From Candidatus Poribacteria bacterium (GTDB taxonomy: Bacteria; Poribacteria; WGA-4E; PCPOR2b), in assembly GCA_965198175.1 (NCBI GenBank), contig OZ240245.1:3456001-3520000 (forward strand): a DNA stretch of 64,000 nt. Direction: 5' to 3'. This document shows positions 20,461 to 29,533 of this stretch, piece after piece. The notes under the pieces were generated by a model that worked only from the letters and a program-made list of their open reading frames with translations, was not told the origin of the DNA and did no database searches. Both the position numbers and the translations under genes were made by a program. The stretch's first letter is position 1, and every line of letters begins with the position of its first letter.

Positions 20461-21111
20461 ATGCAGCTGAACGAAGAAGAAAAGCAAGCACTGAGGGAGA
20501 AATATAAACAACAACGGCGGGCGATGTGGGCTGGAAAACGCGCATCAGACGCTTCGGGTAAATCGGCACCGGCGGAGGTGGCACATCCCGAAGCTGAAAC
20601 CGACATTGCTGATCTCCATGAAACAGGCGACCAAAAACGTCAAACCCACACAGTGAGTTCTGCGCTTACCACAGAGCCTGAAAGCAGCGCCAGTGTCACA
20701 GCTCACAAAGGTGCGACCGTAGAAATCGCTGATGATGCATTTCGCCCAGATGAATCTACAAGTCAACCCACAACCCAACAGCCGACGATCGATGACGCAG
20801 ACTCGCGCCAGTTGCATCAAACTGAACAGATAGCTGCAGCAGTCAACGCGCCAAGGTCTGACACTACACGTTTGGTGGAGAAAATTCGAGAGCAGCGGGA
20901 AGAAATGTGGGAGGCACAGTCCTCAATTCGCTCACGTCCTGAAAAGCGGCGGCGTAACAGTGAAAAGGCGGAGCGTAAATCCTCGCGCGGGTCGAAAGAA
21001 GAAGGAGAACCGGCAATGTTGACATGGAAGCTAGCGCTAGGAGTTATCGGGACAATCATCGTTTTAATTGCGATAGGAATCGGGCTAGGGATCTGGTTTG
21101 CGAGTCAATAG
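20461..21111 (+). CDS. Hypothetical tail-anchored membrane protein
   Basis: AGGAGG RBS before MQLNEEEK; low-complexity middle; single C-terminal TM segment. Confidence 0.7.
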   Translation: MQLNEEEKQALREKYKQQRRAMWAGKRASDASGKSAPAEVAHPEAETDIADLHETGDQKRQTHTVSSALTTEPESSASVTAHKGATVEIADDAFRPDESTSQPTTQQPTIDDADSRQLHQTEQIAAAVNAPRSDTTRLVEKIREQREEMWEAQSSIRSRPEKRRRNSEKAERKSSRGSKEEGEPAMLTWKLALGVIGTIIVLIAIGIGLGIWFASQ

Positions 21112-21242
21112 TGTGAGTTGTGAAGACCGGGAGATTGCCGGATTCTTTTTCGCACATGCTCAGACATGCTCAGATCCCTAAGTAATTGGCTTGAAGAAAA
21201 CGGCAGTGCCGAAGCAATGCAGGTTTCAGCCGAGAAGTTTTT

Positions 21243-24200
21243 ATGAAAACAGGAACGGGTTGGTTTTACATGTTACACATGACGATTCGTGTTGTCAGTG
21301 TTATGTCGCTCGTTCTCCTGTTTTTGTGCCTTTCGACTTCCATGTTGTGTGCGGAAGTGCGCGCATTCGCACCCGCACATCAGCGCCACCGTCCCCAAGC
21401 GTTCGATGGAACGCTCCACCTTACGCGAGCGCCGCGAATTGGTGAGGAAGCCACGCTCATCTTATCAATTCGCTCCAACCTGGTCGACACGGTGCACGCA
21501 CGCATTCAATTTCGCCTTCCACACGGGATTTTGCCTGGTTCAACCGATCTTTTTGATCGAGTCTACTTTCCCCCGTATGCTCCGGTTCAGCAACACAGTG
21601 TTCTGATTCGTGTGAGGAAGCTGGGAGTGTATCCCCTGCAAGCGTCAATCTACGCGACGCTCGCGAATGGCCAAACCGTAATCGAGCATTTCTACACATA
21701 CCTTCGGGTGATGCCAGGTTACGCTCAAGTTCGGGCTGTTCCGTTTGACGAGCCTGTAGACAACTTGTCTCTGGCAACACAAGCACGGTTTCGGGCATTT
21801 CGTGCTCCTGCGGGCGAGGTAACGGTTCGCGGTTCGGTCGTTTATTTCAACGACAATGAGGAAGAAGAACTCCCAATCCATCGCCCGCAAGTTACGCTCT
21901 ACCTGGATATGCCTGTTGGCGATGATATTAAAATTGACGAGACAATCGCTGATGACCGTGGAGAATACATCTTTGAAAATCTAACTCACTCGGAGCTCAA
22001 CAGTAGAACGCCCCGCAATCTTTATGTCGTTGTGAGATTCGATAACTACGTGTTGGCAATCGAAAATCCAGGGTCAAACGTATATGAGTTCGCATCGGAA
22101 ACTGTTCGAGATGTCCCCGATGGCGAGACGACTATTCATCTATCCATGGATTCTCGAAATCCAAACCGCGCGCTAGGGTATATTTTCAATACCGTCCAAC
22201 GCGCACACGCCTTTTTGCTCAACCGGTTGGGATGGGAGCGGGATCGCGCTGTGCAGGTGATTTGGCCTGGTGCGGAGAACATCTCCTACTACGCTCCTAA
22301 GCAAATTGGCGGTCAAGTGTCAAGCGAAACAATCAACATCGCCCACGGAGATCAGTGGACGCGCATCCTTATGTTCCACGAATATGCGCACGCTGTTATG
22401 ACTGCGGCCTACGGCTACAACTACGATTCAGTGCCGAAAGGCACGTATCAGGGCTCGCACCGACTAGAAACGGTATCGGATGCCGGTTTCGCCTTTAATG
22501 AGGGATGGGCGGCGTTTATGGAGGCAGCCGTGGACAACCGTGCATTGAATGTCACCGGTTACCTCAATCAAGCCGTGCCGAATATCGAATCCAATCGATG
22601 GTGGACAGGGCATGTCGAAGGCTTGGGACTAAATACGAGGGGCGAGACCGTCGAAGGAGCGGTGGCGAGTATCTTGTGGGACATCTTCGATACAGTGGAA
22701 TCCATTGACCATCAACCCGAGATCGATGACGACGGAATTTCCGACCGCACAGATCTACTCTGGGAGATTATCACCAACGAAAAACCCCAGAGTATCACAG
22801 ATGTCGCTATCGCCTGGCGCAAGCGCAGGTTCCCAATGTTGGAGGCGCTAGAGGAAATTTATGCCACTCATCGCACGTTTTTTCGTCCTAACGTCGCTCC
22901 ATCTTTTCAGTTTACATCCCCAACTATTGATGGCGGCGTCTCGGATAAATTCTTCCGGATTACTTGGGAAGCCTCTGACCCCGATGACAACAACTTTACA
23001 ATCGCGTTGTTCTATGACCGAGACAATCGTCCGGGCGGTACGACACCGATCAAATCCGGCGTATCGTCGAATCACTCGGCGTTTACCTGGAACACAGATT
23101 CTCTCGCTGAAGGCACCTACTACCTTGGTGCAGTTATTACGGATTCGCAGAATCCACCAACCGAGGTGTACAGCGATGGATTCGTAATTGTTGATCACAC
23201 ACCGCTTCTGCCGCCCGTTATTACTTCCAATACTCACCGGAACTTCAATCGATGGTATGCAGACAACTCGCCGCAATTGGAATTGCTGACCCCGCCGACG
23301 GCGATCGCTGGACAGCAATACAGTTTCATCCTGAATCGAGAACCTGAATCAGTGCCCGACACACGACCGGACGCGCTTGTCAGAAGTAATGCGTTGGTGT
23401 TCACCGGCCTCAGTGACGGCGTTTGGTGGGTACATGTACGTGCACGTGATGCGTTAGGATATTGGACCGATGCCAGCCATTTCGGCTTCAAGATTGATAG
23501 CACACCGCCACCCACAGTGTCGAATCCTAATTGGCTGACGGAGGAGGCGGGAAACTCACCGGACATTACGCTGGAGTGGGATGCAGTTGATGACACAAGC
23601 GGAATTATCGCCTACCACGTCCAGATTGATGTGGGTTCCAGAGATTTCCAATCAGGGAAGCTTTTCGATCGGAAGGTTGATGGGGGGTTGACTCGTCACA
23701 CATTCACAGGAGAGCTTAACGAAACATACTACGCCAGAATCAAGGCGGAGAACCGTGCGCATTTGTCAAGCCGCAACTGGAGTGTCATCACGCCGGGCGT
23801 TATGTTGAGCGAACCCCCATCAATGTGGGACGTAAACCGAGATGCTGTGGTAGACGTTATCGATTTAGTTTTGGTTGCCATCCACTTGGGGAAAACTATC
23901 GACCAGATTACGAATCCTAACCTGGATGTCAATGGAGATGGAGTTGTAGACATCACTGACTTGGTGGTAGTGGCAAGACATTTTGAAGAGAACACCAATG
24001 CCGCACCGAGATTGGCTCGCACGGAGCGCGGTATACTGCAAGGATTTTTCGACACAGCTCCGCTCAAGCAATCCATTGCGACTCAACCCAAACCACAACA
24101 AGAATCGCATTTCACATCTCCCACTCACTTTGAGATTGATTTAACCCAAGTTGAAAAGGCGTTATCGGCACTGCGTCGTCAACCTTACTTTTCATCCCGG

Positions 24201-24593
24201 GGGCGCGCGGCGTTAGAAGCGCTGAAATCTTGGGTAGAAGCGGCGAAACAGCAAACGCATCTGAATTCTCAGTTGCCTACCGTAACGAAAACGAGAGTCT
24301 TGCCTGTTTATCCCAACCCATTCAATCCGGAGGTATGGATACCCTACGAACTTGCAGCGCCCGGTGGTATAGAGATCGATATTTATGCAGCACCGGGACG
24401 ATTGGTTCGCCGCTTAAACCTCGGGCAACAACCAGCGGGGCGGTACCATCGACGCGAGAACGCAGCATATTGGGATGGTCGTAACGAAGCGGGAGAAGTA
24501 GTTGCAAGCGGTCTCTATGTCTATGTCATGCGCGTCGCTAATCTCAACGGCGAGCACAACTCATTCGTGCGGAATATGGTGCTCTTGAAGTGA
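21243..24593 (+). CDS. Secreted modular protein: putative zinc metallopeptidase, Ig/Fn3-like modules, dockerin-like repeat and FlgD/T9SS-like C-terminal domain (start uncertain)
   Basis: Signal-like N-terminus; HEYAH plus downstream FNEGWA; DVNRD..VD..DL and DVNGDGVVD..DL; YPNPFNPEVWIPY..WDGRN..GE.VASG.Y. Confidence 0.8.
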   Translation: MKTGTGWFYMLHMTIRVVSVMSLVLLFLCLSTSMLCAEVRAFAPAHQRHRPQAFDGTLHLTRAPRIGEEATLILSIRSNLVDTVHARIQFRLPHGILPGSTDLFDRVYFPPYAPVQQHSVLIRVRKLGVYPLQASIYATLANGQTVIEHFYTYLRVMPGYAQVRAVPFDEPVDNLSLATQARFRAFRAPAGEVTVRGSVVYFNDNEEEELPIHRPQVTLYLDMPVGDDIKIDETIADDRGEYIFENLTHSELNSRTPRNLYVVVRFDNYVLAIENPGSNVYEFASETVRDVPDGETTIHLSMDSRNPNRALGYIFNTVQRAHAFLLNRLGWERDRAVQVIWPGAENISYYAPKQIGGQVSSETINIAHGDQWTRILMFHEYAHAVMTAAYGYNYDSVPKGTYQGSHRLETVSDAGFAFNEGWAAFMEAAVDNRALNVTGYLNQAVPNIESNRWWTGHVEGLGLNTRGETVEGAVASILWDIFDTVESIDHQPEIDDDGISDRTDLLWEIITNEKPQSITDVAIAWRKRRFPMLEALEEIYATHRTFFRPNVAPSFQFTSPTIDGGVSDKFFRITWEASDPDDNNFTIALFYDRDNRPGGTTPIKSGVSSNHSAFTWNTDSLAEGTYYLGAVITDSQNPPTEVYSDGFVIVDHTPLLPPVITSNTHRNFNRWYADNSPQLELLTPPTAIAGQQYSFILNREPESVPDTRPDALVRSNALVFTGLSDGVWWVHVRARDALGYWTDASHFGFKIDSTPPPTVSNPNWLTEEAGNSPDITLEWDAVDDTSGIIAYHVQIDVGSRDFQSGKLFDRKVDGGLTRHTFTGELNETYYARIKAENRAHLSSRNWSVITPGVMLSEPPSMWDVNRDAVVDVIDLVLVAIHLGKTIDQITNPNLDVNGDGVVDITDLVVVARHFEENTNAAPRLARTERGILQGFFDTAPLKQSIATQPKPQQESHFTSPTHFEIDLTQVEKALSALRRQPYFSSRGRAALEALKSWVEAAKQQTHLNSQLPTVTKTRVLPVYPNPFNPEVWIPYELAAPGGIEIDIYAAPGRLVRRLNLGQQPAGRYHRRENAAYWDGRNEAGEVVASGLYVYVMRVANLNGEHNSFVRNMVLLK

Positions 24594-24726
24594 GGCCGCT
24601 AAGTGGTTTGCGGACGCCTCTATGCCGGCGGCAACGGACTTCTCATAAGCCATTGGGCGGCGCCGGCACGCCTTGGTTAGTGACGCGCGGCGGAGATGTT
24701 AGCCTGTATAGCCCCTCATGCACGGT

Positions 24727-26226
24727 TCATCTCTGCGATTCGAAGTTCTTTAGCACGACATACTCTGGGAGGCCATTCCTGTGTCTAACATACAATACGA
24801 CCTTGGGGTTAGCTGCAACTGCCTTGACTTGTTCACGAAATTTTGCGATGGTGGTAATCTTCTCCCATTCAACCTCTTGAATGAGATCGCCTCTGCGGAT
24901 ACCGCCTCTCGCGGCAGGACTTCCTCGTTCAACGTCAACGACAAGCACGCCGTTTTCTCTCTCATGACCGTATTCCGCGGCAAGCTGATCGGTGAGCTCG
25001 CTTAGCCGCATCCCTGCATAAATATATCCACCCAGGGCTGCGAGAACTTCTTCAGTCCGTTTGCCAAGTTGGACCCTTAAACTCTTTTCTTTGCCCCTTC
25101 GGATGACTTTCACTTCAACGGTTTTCCCAACTTCTGTCGCGGCAACGGTGTTGCTAAGATGATTGTCATCGCGGATACGGACGTTGTTGAACTCTACAAT
25201 CACATCACCTCTTTGGATTCCCGCCTCATCTCCTGGCATACCTTTGCCGACATAACTTACCAGAGCTCCCCGCGGTTCTCCGAGTTGATGTGTCTCCGCA
25301 ATATCGTGGTCAACCGACTGAAGCCTAACGCCCAACCACCCGCGCTCAACTTCCCCTTTCTCAATGAGTGCCCTCATGATTCGGCCCGCAAGGTTAATTG
25401 GAATTGCAAATCCCACGCCGACATTACCTCGTGAAAAGCCTCCGCCGGTTACAATGGCGGTGTTAATCCCCACCAAGTGACCATGGATGTTAATCAGTGC
25501 TCCCCCACTATTGCCCCGATTAATCGCGGCATCGGTCTGGATGAAGTCCGCATACTTTACTACTACGTTGATTTCATCAGGCGAGCGTCCTTTCGCGCTG
25601 ACAATTCCCCGCGTCACCGTTTGAGCGAAACCAAAAGGAGTCCCGATTGCAACAACCCACTCTCCAACCTGAAGTTTGTCCGAATCACCAAACTTCAGAG
25701 CGGGTAGCCCCTTAGCCTCAATCTTCAGAACAGCGACATCAGCTCCTTCAATCCCTGAATCTCTTCCTATGACTTCCGCCGCATATTTGCGCCCATTCGG
25801 TAGGGTTACCTCGATGTCCTCCGCTCCGTCTATAATGTGGTAGTTCGTTAAGACATAGCCGTCTTCAGTGACAATGACGCCAGATCCGAGTGCTCCCTGA
25901 ACTTCTCGTTTCTGTTCTTCGGGCACAACTTGATCGCGGCGATTACGAGGTTCACCGAACCAGTAATGGAAAAAATCGAATTGACGTTGCGAACCCCTAT
26001 CCGAAACCACTTTTGTCGTCGTAATCTGTACGACAGAGGATTTCGCAGCGTTAATCACTTCAATAAAGGCGCGGTTTGCCCGTTCAAGATACCTGAAATC
26101 GTCATCCGCAGCTTGACCGACTGCCGTTTGAGTTGTAAAGGAATCCAAATTGAGTGCAATAGTAACAGCGGCCATTACCAGTAAAATCAGTAAAACTCCC
26201 CATTTGGTCGAACAGAATCGAAGCAT
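24727..26226 (-). CDS. degP: DegP/HtrA serine protease with 2 PDZ domains
   Basis: TNYH, DVAVL, IQTDAAINRGNSGG; start reassigned to MLRFCSTK. Confidence 0.92.
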   Translation of the reverse strand: MLRFCSTKWGVLLILLVMAAVTIALNLDSFTTQTAVGQAADDDFRYLERANRAFIEVINAAKSSVVQITTTKVVSDRGSQRQFDFFHYWFGEPRNRRDQVVPEEQKREVQGALGSGVIVTEDGYVLTNYHIIDGAEDIEVTLPNGRKYAAEVIGRDSGIEGADVAVLKIEAKGLPALKFGDSDKLQVGEWVVAIGTPFGFAQTVTRGIVSAKGRSPDEINVVVKYADFIQTDAAINRGNSGGALINIHGHLVGINTAIVTGGGFSRGNVGVGFAIPINLAGRIMRALIEKGEVERGWLGVRLQSVDHDIAETHQLGEPRGALVSYVGKGMPGDEAGIQRGDVIVEFNNVRIRDDNHLSNTVAATEVGKTVEVKVIRRGKEKSLRVQLGKRTEEVLAALGGYIYAGMRLSELTDQLAAEYGHERENGVLVVDVERGSPAARGGIRRGDLIQEVEWEKITTIAKFREQVKAVAANPKVVLYVRHRNGLPEYVVLKNFESQR

Positions 26227-26344
26227 TTTTGTTGTCCTCCTAACCGATTTCTGATAAGTATTTTTTAAATTTCGTCTTGTTCTCTTCCAGTCACACCAAC
26301 GCTGAAACAAAAGTTCCAATTTTGATAACGCTCGGAAAACCAAC

Positions 26345-26384
26345 AAAAAAAGGCGCCCCGCCTTTCCGTGCAGGACGCCTTTAT
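26345..26384 (-). terminator. Rho-independent terminator after hsp20
   Basis: Minus strand AAAGGCGTCCTGC-ACGGAAAG-GCGGGGCGCCTTT followed by a T tract. Confidence 0.8.
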
Positions 26385-26404
26385 GATAACCCAACTCAGC
26401 GAGA

Positions 26405-26848
26405 TTATTCAACACTGATTTGAATCTCTTTCGGTTTGGTCTGCTCTGCCTTCGGGATTGACAGCGTCAATACACCATCTTTGAACGACGCCTTCGCCTG
26501 CTCTGTCCGAAGGCTCTTAGGTAGAGTGAAAGAACGGTTGAAACGACCATAAGCCCGTTCAACGCGATGAACAGTTTCATCCTTCACTTCGCTTTCCTGC
26601 TTTTTCTCTCCCTGGAGTGTGAGAACGTTTTCAGTGACAGCAACGCTCACATCTTCTTTGGAGAGTCCAGGCACTTCAGCCCGAAATTCAACGTGATCGC
26701 CGGTCTCTGAAATATCCACCGGCGGACTCCAATCCCAATCGCCGGTCTCAGGGCGCAAGAATGCAGGTCCTCCTCCAAAGAAGTCGTCAAAGATTCTGTC
26801 CATCCGATTGTAGATGCTAGAGAGATTTCTCCGCGTAAGGTTTGTCAT
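26405..26848 (-). CDS. Hsp20/alpha-crystallin small heat shock protein
   Basis: PPVDISE, HRVERAYGRFNRSFTLP and ASFKDGVLTLSIPK. Confidence 0.95.
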   Translation of the reverse strand: MTNLTRRNLSSIYNRMDRIFDDFFGGGPAFLRPETGDWDWSPPVDISETGDHVEFRAEVPGLSKEDVSVAVTENVLTLQGEKKQESEVKDETVHRVERAYGRFNRSFTLPKSLRTEQAKASFKDGVLTLSIPKAEQTKPKEIQISVE

Positions 26849-26936
26849 TTTGTGTTCCTCCTATCCAATGTTGTGTAATTCGGTTTTGGTTTTTCACTTT
26901 TTCTGATGCCATTTTCATCAGACGATTTAGCGTTAC

Positions 26937-26952
26937 GCAAGTTGCATGCCAA
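26937..26952 (-). promoter_or_regulatory. sigma54 (-24/-12) promoter of hsp20
   Basis: TTGGCATGCAACTTGC, i.e. GG-N10-GC. Confidence 0.75.
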
Positions 26953-27084
26953 AACCTAATGTTATTCACAAAATGGATGGGGAAATTATCTAAATACCAG
27001 TAATAATGCGCTCTAATGACCCATAGTCAGTTGCACAAGCGGTTCCTAACTTTAACTTCCGCCAATTCTCCTGCACCATCGGGC

Positions 27085-27137
27085 TGCCAATATGACAAAC
27101 CACAATTGTCTTTCAATGGGCATATGCCATTATGGCA
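27085..27137. promoter_or_regulatory. Putative enhancer-binding-protein sites
   Basis: TGCCAATATGACA (27085-27097) and palindromic TGCCATTATGGCA (27125-27137), 40 bp apart. Confidence 0.55.
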
Positions 27138-27211
27138 AAATATTTCTGGGAATCACGTTTCTTGCGAATCATTTTCGACTTCAAAGATACGAAATTGTGA
27201 GCGTGAATTGC

Positions 27212-28099
27212 TCAACAGTCCCCCTTTCCTAACCAACCTGCTTTTTGCGAAAAATGAGCCGTTCCATCCAGCAGGGTCTGAATTTCGTAGATTGAACCCG
27301 TGCGCGATGCTTGCGGAAGGGGAATACGAACAGGAACGGCGGTCATGCGCTGTTGGTTTGTCGGATCGCCTCGTAAGACAAGCGCGGCGAAATTACTCCA
27401 ATCAGGCGGATTTATCAGCGGCCAGGCATCAACTGCGCAATATTGAAGGAGCAATAAACGGCGGAGTTTGCTAGAAGAGTTGAGCGCGGAACCATGCAAG
27501 GTGCGGACATGATGAATCGATATGCCGCCGGATTTGACTTCGACGGGTACAGCGTTATCTGGCTTGAAATTAGGGTCTGTAACTGCCCCAATGAAGGCAC
27601 CGTTCTGATGATGGTTGAAGATGGGGCCCTTGTGGGAGCTTGGGATGACCATCAGGCAGCCGTTTTCGAGCGACATGTCGTCAATTGCTACACCGACCGC
27701 TAACAGGTCGTCGTTCGTGTGAGGATAGAACGCCCAATCCTGATGCCATTCGACAGGACTCCCGAATTTCGGATATTTCATGTTGAGCTTGTGACCGTTG
27801 TGACTTACACCGGGACCAATCAATTGTTCGACAATGTCGAGAATGTCCTCGTGACGCAGCATCCGGTCATAAACCGGATGATGGATAGCAGCATTCTTAA
27901 TACGACGGACACGCGGCGCTTCTGAGGTGTGTAACGGTTCGAGGTCAAACACATCGTTATGTTCAGTGACCTCACGAGATTTTTCAACAAATTCGTCCGT
28001 AACGCGGCGGAGGTTGGCGATTTCCTCCACCGAAAGGACATTTTCAACGCCGATATAGCCGTTTAAATGATAGAAGTCAATCTGCCCTTGAGTCAACAT
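27212..28099 (-). CDS. Phytanoyl-CoA dioxygenase (PhyH)-family Fe/2OG dioxygenase
   Basis: WHQD, ENGCL.VIP.SH and HH..TLHGS..N.S; start reassigned to MLTQGQI behind AAGGAGG. Confidence 0.92.
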   Translation of the reverse strand: MLTQGQIDFYHLNGYIGVENVLSVEEIANLRRVTDEFVEKSREVTEHNDVFDLEPLHTSEAPRVRRIKNAAIHHPVYDRMLRHEDILDIVEQLIGPGVSHNGHKLNMKYPKFGSPVEWHQDWAFYPHTNDDLLAVGVAIDDMSLENGCLMVIPSSHKGPIFNHHQNGAFIGAVTDPNFKPDNAVPVEVKSGGISIHHVRTLHGSALNSSSKLRRLLLLQYCAVDAWPLINPPDWSNFAALVLRGDPTNQQRMTAVPVRIPLPQASRTGSIYEIQTLLDGTAHFSQKAGWLGKGDC

Positions 28100-28253
28100 G
28101 TATCTCGCCTCCTTATATAGAGTCTCATAATGAAGACCTGCGCACTTCCGCTTGTCGTCCTCCGGACAAACCGAAAGACCGATGACGAAGATTCGCCTCT
28201 TTACGAAGGGCGTGCAGTGCATAGCCCTGCGCACCCATCAGATTTAACCTGAT

Positions 28254-28281
28254 ATTATACGGATTCAGAAGCCGATGTCAA
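28254..28281 (-). promoter_or_regulatory. Consensus sigma70 promoter upstream of the PhyH leader
   Basis: TTGACA-N16-TATAAT. Confidence 0.7.
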
Positions 28282-28306
28282 CAAAAACGCTCGCTGGTAA
28301 TTTTTC

Positions 28307-28421
28307 TTGACAATAGTCGGAATTTGCGTAAAATATCGAAATGCTTCGATTCATACCGCACTTCACTACAAGATATCAAGGCTTGTTTGTGCTTGACAGC
28401 GTCCGTAATGAGTGCTATACT
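28307..28421 (+). promoter_or_regulatory. Two tandem sigma70-type promoters for the YCF48-like gene
   Basis: TTGACA-N16-TAAAAT (28307-28334) and TTGACA-N17-TATACT (28393-28421). Confidence 0.6.
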
Positions 28422-28452
28422 ACGGAAAATTCTGAAAGGAGTCAATTAAACA

Positions 28453-29490
28453 ATGTACAAGAAGAGAGCGATTCTGACAGCGCTTTTACTCGCAGCCGTA
28501 TGCATGACAAACATGGTTTATGCCGGGGGAAAATGGTTTGCTCTGCAGGAACAGGACAATGAAGAAATTCGAGATTATAACGCGATTACTTTTGTGAGTT
28601 CAAGAGAAGGTTGGGTCGTAGGTGTTGCAGCTTTAGAAATGGAAAGTCCAGGATATATAGGTCATACGAGAAACGGCGGTAATACGTGGGAAAAAGCGGA
28701 AATTGCTGTCAATCAGATCCTCTCGAATGTCTTTTTCTTTGATAAGAATAACGGTTGGGCTGTCGGGGAGAAAGGGATGATTGTTGGGACATCAAATGGC
28801 GGCAAACAGTGGGATATCCAAACCAGTAAGGTCGACAACTCGCTGTATGATGTCCACTTCGTAAACGAAAAGACCGGTTTCGCGGTTGGCATGGGAGAAA
28901 CCATCCTCCAAACAACAAACGGGGGCAAAATATGGAAAATCCTACAAGGCGGTGTGCTTCCCGCCCGAATTGGCGAGGAGTCGGAAGGTTTGTTCAACTG
29001 CGTGCACTTCATTGATGATTCTACCGGTTGGGTCGCGGGCGTTTTTGTGAATCCACAAGAGGGCAGTCAAAATGGCATTATCAAGAAAACCACCGATGGC
29101 GGGAAAACGTGGGCAGATCAGTCCACAAACGTCGAAGATACTCTGAAAGATGTCTTCTTTATAGATGCTTCAACTGGATGGGCAGTCGGTGAGGGTGGTG
29201 TTGTGTTGCACACCACGAACGGTGGGGATAGATGGAAACTACAATCGAGTGACACGCAGGAAACGCTCTCTAGCGTGCAGTTTGTCGACAAGAAGGTGGG
29301 ATGGGCAGTTGGCGGTGATATGGGAATCAATATCATTATTCATACAACCGACGGTGGAAAAACGTGGGAAAACCAGAGCATAGAGGGTACCATCATTAGT
29401 AAAGTACCAGTCAATGACCTCTTTATTCTGGATGTGAACCACATTTGGATTACCGGCAACAACGGTTTCGTAATGAAATATTCTGATTAG
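28453..29490 (+). CDS. YCF48-related exported beta-propeller (BNR/Asp-box repeats)
   Basis: Signal peptide; repeated F.D...GWAVG..G.I..T.DGG.TW. Confidence 0.9.
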   Translation: MYKKRAILTALLLAAVCMTNMVYAGGKWFALQEQDNEEIRDYNAITFVSSREGWVVGVAALEMESPGYIGHTRNGGNTWEKAEIAVNQILSNVFFFDKNNGWAVGEKGMIVGTSNGGKQWDIQTSKVDNSLYDVHFVNEKTGFAVGMGETILQTTNGGKIWKILQGGVLPARIGEESEGLFNCVHFIDDSTGWVAGVFVNPQEGSQNGIIKKTTDGGKTWADQSTNVEDTLKDVFFIDASTGWAVGEGGVVLHTTNGGDRWKLQSSDTQETLSSVQFVDKKVGWAVGGDMGINIIIHTTDGGKTWENQSIEGTIISKVPVNDLFILDVNHIWITGNNGFVMKYSD

Positions 29491-29533
29491 TCGTGGTAGG
29501 TCTATTGGCTCGATTTGATGAAAGGCAATCTGA

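Noticed and set aside
21153..21173. ACATGCTCAG tandem duplication
   Set aside because: A single 10-bp duplication with no supporting context
26227..26415. Long N-terminal extension of DegP
   Set aside because: It spans the hsp20 terminator, and the signal/TM segment starts after 26226
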